Source of the DNA: an uncultured Candidatus Saccharibacteria bacterium
GTDB lineage: Bacteria; Patescibacteriota; Minisyncoccia; Minisyncoccales; Staskawiczbacteraceae
Direction: 5' to 3'
Assembly (NCBI GenBank): GCA_964424305.1
Contig: CAYRHW010000004.1
Coordinates: 9,708 to 73,707, forward strand
Length of the DNA: 64,000 nucleotides
How positions within the stretch are numbered: the stretch's first letter is position 1; every line of letters starts with the position of its first letter. Both the position numbers and the translations under genes were made by a program. This document shows positions 39,135-46,387 of this stretch, piece after piece. The notes beneath the pieces are model-generated. The model was not told where the DNA came from and did not search any database. It saw only the letters and a list, made by a program, of their open reading frames with translations.

Positions 39135-39698
39135 ATGGAAAATCAAGAAACTCAACAGAGTCAACCAAAACCATCGGTACCGTCAAACGATTACTATACT
39201 AAATTTGACGAAAAAACAATTAATACCATTAAAATAAGCGCCATTTGGGGCGGGGTATCTGCCGTAATAATGTCCATTGCCGGAATGCTGGCAGTATATT
39301 ATTTCACCAGAAGCCTATACACCAACATGATGGGACAATATTTGGGCAATTACATGGGACAGCCCATAGCTCCTAGAATATTCAACCTTGGAGTTCTATT
39401 AAACAGCGCCATTTGGGGAATAATTGGAGGAGCTGTCGCGGGGTACATAATAGCCAAATTCTACCCAACTTTTGTCGGATGGCAGAAAAAGTATGTCAGC
39501 AATAAATTAAATACTTTCTTTAAAATATTGTTCTGGCCCTATTTAGTCGGCCTCGCTATCAGCATGGTTATGAGTGGTGCCCTAAACATGATGAACTCTG
39601 GCTTCAACCTGTTCATAATAATAGTAGTCGCTGATCTTATATCCATTTACCTCTACGCCAAAATGATGGATAAGAACGTAGGAAAATATTATCAGTAA
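39135..39698 (+). CDS. multi-TM membrane protein, unknown function
   Basis: Hydrophobic ORF followed by the terminator at 39714-39740. Confidence 0.5.
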   Translation: MENQETQQSQPKPSVPSNDYYTKFDEKTINTIKISAIWGGVSAVIMSIAGMLAVYYFTRSLYTNMMGQYLGNYMGQPIAPRIFNLGVLLNSAIWGIIGGAVAGYIIAKFYPTFVGWQKKYVSNKLNTFFKILFWPYLVGLAISMVMSGALNMMNSGFNLFIIIVVADLISIYLYAKMMDKNVGKYYQ

Positions 39699-39713
39699 AA
39701 AGGGGTATTATCT

Positions 39714-39740
39714 AAAACGCCCCCATGTGGGGGCGTTTTT
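39714..39740. terminator. bidirectional intrinsic terminator
   Basis: CGCCCCCatgtGGGGGCG flanked by A- and T-tracts. Confidence 0.7.
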
Positions 39741-39749
39741 GTTTGTAAC

Positions 39750-40334
39750 CTATATATTTATCTTCTGAGCCACTTGTAAGGCTAACTCTACCATCTGCTT
39801 ACTTGTGACCATACTTAGGGAGTACAAAGCAATGCGATAATATTCATTAGCCCCATTAATTAAATAGATGTCATTGAGCTGCTGGACTTCGTTATAGGTA
39901 ATAAAATGCTCCATTGGAATCTGACTATTAGTTCCCGTCCTCCAACCATTAAAACGCACTCCATCTGCATATTTTTGTCTTTCCAATGATGGATCCTTTT
40001 CATATTTGCCAATACTTAAAACAGCTGCGTAGCTTTTCCCACGAACATAATAACGACAATTAGAATTTTCTGATCCCTCCACAGAAAAAACCTCACTCGA
40101 AACAATATCTAACCCAGTGATAGAAGCAACGTCTTCTTTTGGAAAAACGCTACAAATGTCAGAACCACCCGCGTTAGTATTGCTGCCTACGGTTACTTTA
40201 TCTTCTCCTCCGGGCACGGTCCCGTTTGAGCCAAGGTTATCGTTAGTATTTTTATTAGTACTACTAGAAACAACGACGGCGACGATTATTATGACAGCTA
40301 TAATTGAAACTGATATTAATATATTCTTGCTCAT
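39750..40334 (-). CDS. secreted/anchored hypothetical protein (194 aa, paralog A)
   Basis: Signal anchor. A C..FPKE block is shared with the neighbouring gene. Confidence 0.5.
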   Translation of the reverse strand: MSKNILISVSIIAVIIIVAVVVSSSTNKNTNDNLGSNGTVPGGEDKVTVGSNTNAGGSDICSVFPKEDVASITGLDIVSSEVFSVEGSENSNCRYYVRGKSYAAVLSIGKYEKDPSLERQKYADGVRFNGWRTGTNSQIPMEHFITYNEVQQLNDIYLINGANEYYRIALYSLSMVTSKQMVELALQVAQKINI

Positions 40335-40367
40335 ATCTTTAAATACAATTATTCTACAAAATATTTA

Positions 40368-40952
40368 TTAGTTACCTTGAATTCTTTCTGCGAATTTAAT
40401 CGCAATTTTAAGTAATTCTGGACCCGTAACAGCACTGTGGACAAAATGCATCCTAACATATTTACCCGGCTCTAAAATCAAAATTACCTGCCAGATAGTA
40501 CCACCAAAATCACGCACTACATAATTATCCATAGCAATACTTGCATCTTTTTCATATTTACTTCCAGTTTTTTCATTACTTGCCCTATCTGCTTCTAATT
40601 CGGCCATATCGGTACTATAGGTGACTACAACCGGAGCACCACCTGGTGATTTACCAGTATATGGAGAATAATCATAGTCGTCAGCATAAATCGTATAATA
40701 CAAACAATTCATGGTGCCAGTAAATGATGGCCCCTCCACCTTAAGAACTGGTTTGCCAATCGCTGTTTCTATTAATTCTTTAGGAAAATATGCACACACA
40801 TTTTCTATAGAGTCTGTGCTCTTCCCATTTTCAGTTTTTAATCCCGCTGGCTGTCCATTATCTGAAGTAACACCACCCTTGCCAGAAAAAATGAGCACTG
40901 CGCCGACGACTACAACTAAGGCCGCGATCGCTATAATACTATTTTTATTCAT
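40368..40952 (-). CDS. secreted/anchored hypothetical protein (194 aa, paralog B)
   Basis: Same length and architecture as 39750-40334. Confidence 0.5.
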   Translation of the reverse strand: MNKNSIIAIAALVVVVGAVLIFSGKGGVTSDNGQPAGLKTENGKSTDSIENVCAYFPKELIETAIGKPVLKVEGPSFTGTMNCLYYTIYADDYDYSPYTGKSPGGAPVVVTYSTDMAELEADRASNEKTGSKYEKDASIAMDNYVVRDFGGTIWQVILILEPGKYVRMHFVHSAVTGPELLKIAIKFAERIQGN

Positions 40953-41023
40953 ATTTTTATTTATTAATTACCTGCCCTTCTTCCATGCTACCACCTTTGT
41001 AAGTCTAGTGTAAATATTGATGT

Positions 41024-41061
41024 AAAAAAAAGCGGGTAACAGCCGAGCTTGCCTGTTACCC
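41024..41061 (-). terminator. intrinsic terminator closing the cassette
   Basis: Perfect 9-bp stem GGGTAACAG/CTGTTACCC (41034-41061) followed by U8 on the minus strand. Confidence 0.75.
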
Positions 41062-41166
41062 ACCTGACTGAGAAGAGAGCAGATAGGGTCTGTTTCCCAC
41101 CTTCGTTCATCACGAAAGACTTGGGACCCATATCTGAGTGCTCCTCAATCCTCTGAAGATCGGTTG

Positions 41167-41310
41167 CTACGAGCCACGCTTCCTTTGCAACGGCTCGTTC
41201 GCCCGCATCATCGGGGCAATGACACTTGCTGCCAATGCCACGGCGATGAAGACGCCCAGAAAGGAAAAGAACCCAACATGTTCCGCCACGGTTCCGATGT
41301 GCTTAAGCAT
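41167..41310 (-). CDS. 47-aa single-TM peptide
   Basis: Not in the ORF track. AAGGAG lies 7 nt upstream of the ATG at 41310. Translates as MLKHIGTVAEHVGFFSFLGVFIAVALAASVIAPMMRANEPLQRKRGS. Confidence 0.5.
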   Translation of the reverse strand: MLKHIGTVAEHVGFFSFLGVFIAVALAASVIAPMMRANEPLQRKRGS

Positions 41311-41338
41311 AAGATTCTCCTTAATTTATGCCTAACTA

Positions 41339-41367
41339 TTAATACCATTTTTTACGGCACAAGTCAA
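41339..41367 (-). promoter_or_regulatory. promoter TTGACT-17nt-TATTAA (TGn extended -10)
   Basis: On the minus strand the -35 is at 41367-41362 and the -10 at 41344-41339. Confidence 0.55.
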
Positions 41368-41447
41368 CCCTTACTAATTAATAATAAAACAAGAAAAAAA
41401 CCCTCGAGAATGTCGACGGCCACCGAAATCTAATAAATTAATGTGCT

Positions 41448-41717
41448 TTAGGCTAGGCAACCCGTTTCCCCGAAATAGAGCTCAGCAATTACCATGGGCT
41501 TTACCCCCAACAACTCTGAAGTTCGCAAAACCCAAGTGGGAGGAAAAAGAATCTGGCCGTTTAGATACCTGGACATAGTGCCCTTATCAACACCGAAATG
41601 AGAAGCAAGCCAAGAAAGTTTGATATTAGCTGCCCGTCGCAGTTGTTTAATCTTATTCCCGACGTTTCTTCTTATATCAAACTCCGCACTTTTCCGACAC
41701 TGTGCCGAAAGACTCAT
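41448..41717 (-). CDS. XRE-family helix-turn-helix protein (89 aa)
   Basis: IKQLRRAANIKLSWLASHFGVDKGTMSRYLNGQ is an HTH_3-like segment. The start is chosen at Met35 of the listed ORF because the promoter at 41752-41780 lies inside the longer ORF. Confidence 0.65.
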   Translation of the reverse strand: MSLSAQCRKSAEFDIRRNVGNKIKQLRRAANIKLSWLASHFGVDKGTMSRYLNGQILFPPTWVLRTSELLGVKPMVIAELYFGETGCLA

Positions 41718-41751
41718 TTTTGTCCCTTTCAAAAGACAAGTTCCTATCAAG

Positions 41752-41780
41752 AGAATACCACTTAATGTAATTTTTGTCAA
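41752..41780 (-). promoter_or_regulatory. promoter TTGACA-17nt-TATTCT (TGn)
   Basis: On the minus strand the -35 is at 41780-41775 and the -10 at 41757-41752. Confidence 0.55.
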
Positions 41781-41794
41781 AACTTTTTTGTATA

Positions 41795-41824
41795 AGAAAA
41801 GCCCCGCACGCGATCGCACGGGGC
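41795..41824 (-). terminator. GC-rich hairpin terminator after the 394-aa gene
   Basis: GCCCCG...CGGGGC stem at 41801-41824 followed by UUUUCUU on the minus strand. Confidence 0.6.
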
Positions 41825-41848
41825 CTATTTGTGTACAGCAACTGGGAG

Positions 41849-43033
41849 CTACTCCGCAGGGGCGCCGGCTCCCACCAACTCGCTGGTGGCGACTGCCCTG
41901 GCGTTGGAGGAGGCCGCGGTATCGGGCCGCCTGCGCAGACGCCGGGTCGTCTTGCCGCGGTTGATATGCTCCAACATCAGGATGTGGAGCAGCTCGCGGG
42001 ACTTGCCGGAGGACGAGGCCAACCTCGAGACTTCGGGGTCAGCGACCGGGAACTGAGCGATCTTCCTCAGGAGGTCCGCCTCGATGAAGAGACGACTCCC
42101 CCGCCAGAAGTCCTCATACTGGCTGAGGATGGTGGCGAGGCACCAGAGGAAGGTTTGACGCAAGTACGCCGCACCCTCCTTGAACGCCACGCGCTTGATG
42201 CCCCAGGCCGAGTCCACCAGATCGAAAAACGTCTTGACGTTGTCGCGCATGATGGTCCGGCCGGCGGTCACGAGGATCTTCTGCAGGCCACGGGCCAGAT
42301 CCGTCAACTGGTTGGACCGGCCAGGCCCCATGTGGGAATGCAGGGCTCCGACCGTCTTCATCAGCGTGAGTGCGTTGATCAGGTCCTGACGCCGCATCCT
42401 CTGGGCCCAGCAGATCTTCTCGCACATGACGAACTCCTTGTCGTGCGCGAGGGCGAAGAGCATCTGGACCACGTCGACATCCAGGCGCATATTGCGCAGG
42501 ATGATGTTGGAGCTGACCTTCATCCGCTCCTGGTTGAGGATGCGGAACCGCTCGCGCTCCCAGGGCTCCGTGGTGTTCAAGTGGACCAGGGCGCCGAGAC
42601 GCGGCTGTCCACCCTTGAGGCGAAACTGCTTGGCCGCGGTGATCCGCTGCAGTCCGTCGACGATGAACGTCCGATCCTGCAGGAAGTAGAAGCCGTCCCG
42701 GAAGACCGTCTTGCTGCCGCGCATCCCCAACTCCACGTCGGGCATGCGATCGCCGGCCTCCATGGCTTTCACCAGGGCCGAGATCTTGGCGAGAGGCTCA
42801 ACCTCCCGCTGGTAGGTGTCGGTCTCCAGCTGGTCCAGCGATACCGGGTCAATGATGCCCCGGATCACGATGGAATCGCTGCTACTCGTTCCACCTTCGT
42901 CGAGTGCTCCGTTGATAATTTTGATACTCACGATGAACTCCTTCCTGTCCGTGGCCCTATAAAGATAGAAGCCTTGGACAACGATGCTTCTGATAATGGT
43001 TTGCTTGTCTCGGTATATTCGGACTTGCGCCAC
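41849..43033 (-). CDS. ParB/sulfiredoxin-fold, DGQHR/DUF262-like domain protein (394 aa)
   Basis: FIVDGLQRITAAKQF resembles the DGQHR (DndB) / DGQQR (DUF262) signature and is preceded by a QREV..L.KI..LV.AM segment. The remainder is helical with an Arg-rich tail. Confidence 0.55.
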   Translation of the reverse strand: MAQVRIYRDKQTIIRSIVVQGFYLYRATDRKEFIVSIKIINGALDEGGTSSSDSIVIRGIIDPVSLDQLETDTYQREVEPLAKISALVKAMEAGDRMPDVELGMRGSKTVFRDGFYFLQDRTFIVDGLQRITAAKQFRLKGGQPRLGALVHLNTTEPWERERFRILNQERMKVSSNIILRNMRLDVDVVQMLFALAHDKEFVMCEKICWAQRMRRQDLINALTLMKTVGALHSHMGPGRSNQLTDLARGLQKILVTAGRTIMRDNVKTFFDLVDSAWGIKRVAFKEGAAYLRQTFLWCLATILSQYEDFWRGSRLFIEADLLRKIAQFPVADPEVSRLASSSGKSRELLHILMLEHINRGKTTRRLRRRPDTAASSNARAVATSELVGAGAPAE

Positions 43034-43163
43034 TACCAGAATTAATTCAGCAAGGCAATTTGGTTATGTTGGACCGCTCCAATTCTCCCAGAACACGATT
43101 CCGGGAAGGATTGCGCCAACGCCTACTGAATAGTTGCTGTACAGGTTGTGAATGTGCATTGGT

Positions 43164-43192
43164 ATATTAACACTAACGACAGATTATGTCAA
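43164..43192 (-). promoter_or_regulatory. promoter TTGACA-17nt-TAATAT
   Basis: On the minus strand the -35 is at 43192-43187 and the -10 at 43169-43164. Confidence 0.6.
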
Positions 43193-43219
43193 TATTTTTG
43201 CACATGATATTCCTGTAAA

Positions 43220-43246
43220 GAAAAAACCCAAGTTAGCACCTGGGTC
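43220..43246 (-). terminator. intrinsic terminator after the 393-aa gene
   Basis: ACCCAGGugcuaaCUUGGGU followed by UUUUUU on the minus strand. Confidence 0.65.
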
Positions 43247-43263
43247 CTCATGTTCTAAGGAAC

Positions 43264-44445
43264 TTATTTCTTAAGAAGAACGGTATCAGCTCCCCTGGGG
43301 AGCTCACCTGGCTTGAGCAAATGGTCATTGACGATTGTGGGCCTGGTCCAGACAGTTTTCAGAGCATTGGGATCGTGCCCAAGTCCCTTTGGCCGGCCCC
43401 AGAAGCCACACCTGAAGTGTGGGACCTTCTGCCTGTAACCCGTCCTCATAACCTCATCCGTATGGTCAACAAAGATTTTCCGCTCACCAGATGTAAGCTT
43501 GAATTGTGTTGAAACATGACAGATATGACTTGCGTCGGTCACCCCCTCGTATCTGTCACCAGACAAATTTCGATGGACTGGTGTCCAAAGCGAAACATGA
43601 GGGCTTGCCGGAGGCAAGGATTTGAGATACAGACACATGCCAACAATAATTCGGATTGCTTTATCACCAAATTCTCCATCGGTCCGGTTCATGGCGTCAA
43701 CAACTTCCGTAACCGGCGTACTCTTCATCTTCCCGTTAACATTGAAGGACGATCCGGTGCACCAGGAAAAATCTTCCAGATGCCGATCAATCAAAACCTT
43801 TGCTCGTTTTGCTTTTCCCCTTCCTAAATACTTCTGAATTTCCCGTCGCTGGGTAGCAGTTAGGAATTTAAATCGGTCATTCTCGCCCGTTATAATCCAG
43901 AAAGTAACCCTATTGGGCTCTTGCGTGTTGGTGACAAGCATTGTGTCAAAGGCCACTTCAACGCCCTCTGGCCTCAATATTCCGGAGATTGGCCGAGCCA
44001 AGGAAATGAGAAAACAGTTAAAGGGGAATTTTACATCTTGGAGGGTTATCCCCTCAAGAGAGGTTGCATCTAGAAGAAGCTGTAGGTCCTCGCTGATATG
44101 GAAAACTCTCCGGGAATCCCGAGTCCACAGTGCAGTCACAAGTGGAATCATGTCCAGAAAATTCTCACGATTAATGATTGATCCCTTAGATTGGGGTCGA
44201 ACCGGAAACCTGAAGGGATCCATCGTTTGATAAATTTCCAAATCAGTCATATTCGGACGAATGGTTAAAATCGTTGGTCTTAGGTTCGACCAATTGGCCA
44301 CCGCCAAATCGGAACGGAAGATAACAGGGCGCCTGAGCATTCTATCCACTTGATTGTGTGCGCCCTGCAAAAAAGCAATATCCTCATAAAGCCGAATCGC
44401 CTGCTCCAAACGCAGAGCAGCGTTTCTTTCTTCAACGCGTTCCAT
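43264..44445 (-). CDS. 393-aa protein of unknown function
   Basis: Long ORF in the GC-enriched cassette with its own promoter and terminator. I recognise no domain. Confidence 0.6.
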   Translation of the reverse strand: MERVEERNAALRLEQAIRLYEDIAFLQGAHNQVDRMLRRPVIFRSDLAVANWSNLRPTILTIRPNMTDLEIYQTMDPFRFPVRPQSKGSIINRENFLDMIPLVTALWTRDSRRVFHISEDLQLLLDATSLEGITLQDVKFPFNCFLISLARPISGILRPEGVEVAFDTMLVTNTQEPNRVTFWIITGENDRFKFLTATQRREIQKYLGRGKAKRAKVLIDRHLEDFSWCTGSSFNVNGKMKSTPVTEVVDAMNRTDGEFGDKAIRIIVGMCLYLKSLPPASPHVSLWTPVHRNLSGDRYEGVTDASHICHVSTQFKLTSGERKIFVDHTDEVMRTGYRQKVPHFRCGFWGRPKGLGHDPNALKTVWTRPTIVNDHLLKPGELPRGADTVLLKK

Positions 44446-44482
44446 ATAGACTCCTTCCTATGTCAAACAGCAATTTCGATTG

Positions 44483-44510
44483 ATTATACCATAAGTTTCC
44501 TTTAGGTCAA
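44483..44510 (-). promoter_or_regulatory. promoter TTGACC-16nt-TATAAT (TGn) bracketed by inverted repeat TTTCGATT/AATCGAAA
   Basis: The -35 is at 44510-44505 and the -10 at 44488-44483. The inverted-repeat arms lie at 44474-44481 and 44512-44519. Confidence 0.6.
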
Positions 44511-44522
44511 GAATCGAAACGC

Positions 44523-44551
44523 AAAAAAAGAAGGCACAAGCTTCTGTGCCT
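44523..44551 (-). terminator. intrinsic terminator after the 96-aa gene
   Basis: AGGCACAgaagcuUGUGCCU followed by UCUUUUUUU on the minus strand. Confidence 0.65.
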
Positions 44552-44566
44552 CCATCCAGTGTGGGA

Positions 44567-44857
44567 CTAGAAGTCCCTCGGGCCACCGACACAGAACCTT
44601 ACGGTTCCGGTTCGGCTCTTAGTCTGGTACTCGATGGAGAAACTGCTCTCTCCTTCGGCACCGGGCTCGTAACCCGTGACAAGCCACCAACCTCGCTTGC
44701 CAGGCTTGACGGAAATGCTCCCGATGTACGCCTTCATGCGGTCGCGCTCATCGTCGGGGCGAATCCACCAAAACTCGGCGATCGAGTGCGTCTTCAGCGA
44801 ATGGAAGAGCGCGTCGATGTCAGGGCCGTCTACAACTGGTAAGTCGTGCGTCGCCAT
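44567..44857 (-). CDS. 96-aa protein of unknown function
   Basis: GC-rich ORF. AAGGAG lies 7 nt upstream of the ATG. It has its own promoter and terminator. Confidence 0.55.
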   Translation of the reverse strand: MATHDLPVVDGPDIDALFHSLKTHSIAEFWWIRPDDERDRMKAYIGSISVKPGKRGWWLVTGYEPGAEGESSFSIEYQTKSRTGTVRFCVGGPRDF

Positions 44858-44974
44858 GGTCGTTCTCCTTGCTGAGGGGGTGTGAAGCTACGCGCCTCAC
44901 ATTTGGCAATCATTTTTCATGCCTTCGTACACTCAGAGAGAAAGACCACAACCTAATCAAATAATACTGATCAT

Positions 44975-45003
44975 AATATATCATAATGGGAAAATCTTGT
45001 CAA
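44975..45003 (-). promoter_or_regulatory. promoter TTGACA-17nt-TATATT
   Basis: On the minus strand the -35 is at 45003-44998 and the -10 at 44980-44975. Confidence 0.6.
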
Positions 45004-45013
45004 TGATAGAAAC

Positions 45014-45040
45014 CAAAACAAAAGCCGCCCGAAGGCGGCT
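45014..45040 (-). terminator. intrinsic terminator after rpsI
   Basis: AGCCGCCuucgGGCGGCU followed by a U-rich tract. Confidence 0.7.
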
Positions 45041-45052
45041 TCCTTAAAATCT

Positions 45053-45676
45053 TTACCTCTTTGCCCACTGTGGAGCACGTCTGGCTCTGCGTAGCCCGAA
45101 TTTCTTTCTTTCTCTCATCCTCGGATCTCTTGTTAAAAATCCTGCCTTTCTTAATCTCTTTTTGAAATTTTCATTAAATTCTACTAATACTCTGGCAATG
45201 CCATGCCTTACTGCCTCAGCTTGGGCATGTTCTCCCCCACCCGTTACTCTAGCCACAATTCTGAATCTGTCCAAAGATTTCATTTTCTTCAGAGAAGCAC
45301 TGGCTGATTCCTGAGTCTGTGCATGTAAAAAGTATTTATTGTACGGTTTCCCATTAACAATAAATTCTTTTTCGCCTTTGGTGTGTAATCTTACGCGAGC
45401 TACTGCGGTTTTCCTTCTGCCAATAGCTTCGTAGAATTTATCAATTTTAGAATCTTTTTCTGAAATTATAAAATCAGCGGCGGTGATCCCATCATCCTCC
45501 ACCATGTCTTGGAGTTGAACAGGCTTCCTTAAAATAGGAGCTGGTGCTTCAACTGGTGCTACCATAGGTTCCACCAATTTAGGCTCTGCTACTGGAGCAA
45601 CCTTTTTGGCCGGGACTTTTACAATTTTTTCTTTTTTAATAGTTTTTTCCATTTTTTTACTCTTTTGCTTTCTCAA
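45053..45676 (-). CDS. rpsI: 30S ribosomal protein S9 with ~75-aa Ala/Pro/Val/Lys-rich N-terminal extension
   Basis: GRRKTAVARVRL and a C-terminal ...RRARRAPQWAKR. The start may instead be Met9 (45652). Confidence 0.9.
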   Translation of the reverse strand: MRKQKSKKMEKTIKKEKIVKVPAKKVAPVAEPKLVEPMVAPVEAPAPILRKPVQLQDMVEDDGITAADFIISEKDSKIDKFYEAIGRRKTAVARVRLHTKGEKEFIVNGKPYNKYFLHAQTQESASASLKKMKSLDRFRIVARVTGGGEHAQAEAVRHGIARVLVEFNENFKKRLRKAGFLTRDPRMRERKKFGLRRARRAPQWAKR

Positions 45677-46034
45677 ACTTAATTCTCTTCAAAAATCTTG
45701 CTCGTAGTTTATTCTTTGGCAACATACCAGAAACAGCTATTTTTAATACTTCTCCTGGATCTTCTGGGAATAATTTCTTAAGAGGGGTTGTCTTTAGACC
45801 ACCAAGATATCCAGTGTGATGATAATACATTTTCTGTTCCATCTTTTTCCCAGTGATTTTCATCTTGCTAACATTTTTAATTGTTACAAAATCACCTTCA
45901 TCCTTATTCGGTAAAAATGTTGGCTTAGCCTTTCCTCTTAATAGATCTGCAATCTGGACGGCCAATTTACCTAAAACCTGGCCATCTGCATCAATTACAA
46001 TATTTTCTCTTTTATATGTTGTTTGTCCTTTCAT
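45657..46034 (-). CDS. rplM: 50S ribosomal protein L13
   Basis: IDADGQVLGKLA and HHTGYLGG motifs. Confidence 0.9.
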   Translation of the reverse strand: MKGQTTYKRENIVIDADGQVLGKLAVQIADLLRGKAKPTFLPNKDEGDFVTIKNVSKMKITGKKMEQKMYYHHTGYLGGLKTTPLKKLFPEDPGEVLKIAVSGMLPKNKLRARFLKRIKFEKAKE

Positions 46035-46035
46035 A

Positions 46036-46386
46036 TTATTTAACTAATTCGATAAACACCATTGGCGCTGCATCGGATTTCCTCTGCCCAAGTCTAATAA
46101 TTCTTGTGTATCCGCCGGGTCTTGTTTTAAAGGTAGGAGCGATCTCGTTTATTAGCTTCTTCGCAACCCTAGGTGATAAATCCTTAGCCAATATCCTTGT
46201 ATTTGGTAAACTTACTGTTTTTGCCCGAGTAATCATTTTCTCGACGATTGGTCTTAGCTCTTTACCCTTAGCTTCAGTTGTCTTGATTCTCTGGTGTATG
46301 AAAAGACTACGAGCCAGCGATCTAAACAAAGCTATTCGTTGATCCTTTTCTCTGCCAAATTTTCTTCCTTTGTTTCTCTTGCGCAT
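46036..46386 (-). CDS. rplQ: 50S ribosomal protein L17
   Basis: GRKFGR...RPGGYTRI motifs. Confidence 0.9.
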   Translation of the reverse strand: MRKRNKGRKFGREKDQRIALFRSLARSLFIHQRIKTTEAKGKELRPIVEKMITRAKTVSLPNTRILAKDLSPRVAKKLINEIAPTFKTRPGGYTRIIRLGQRKSDAAPMVFIELVK

Positions 46387-46387
46387 G

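Larger units (their letters stand above)
41020..45010 (-). mobile_element. compositionally foreign cassette (putative horizontally acquired island; no integrase or att repeats seen)
   Basis: Coding G+C is far above the flanks: I counted 39/60 at 42001-42060 versus 23/60 at 40381-40440. The region holds five self-contained minus-strand transcription units. Confidence 0.55.

Noticed and set aside
38959-39186. 75-aa minus-strand ORF spanning the divergent intergenic region
   Set aside because: It overlaps the start of the plus-strand membrane protein gene and the likely promoter region. It has no motif and an odd composition.
41774-43045. 423-aa plus-strand ORF, the longest ORF on that strand in the cassette
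   Set aside because: It is the antisense shadow of the G+C-rich 394-aa minus-strand gene. Its product is low-complexity (Arg/Gly/Pro/Leu-rich) and has no start context. The promoter and terminator signals all serve the minus strand.
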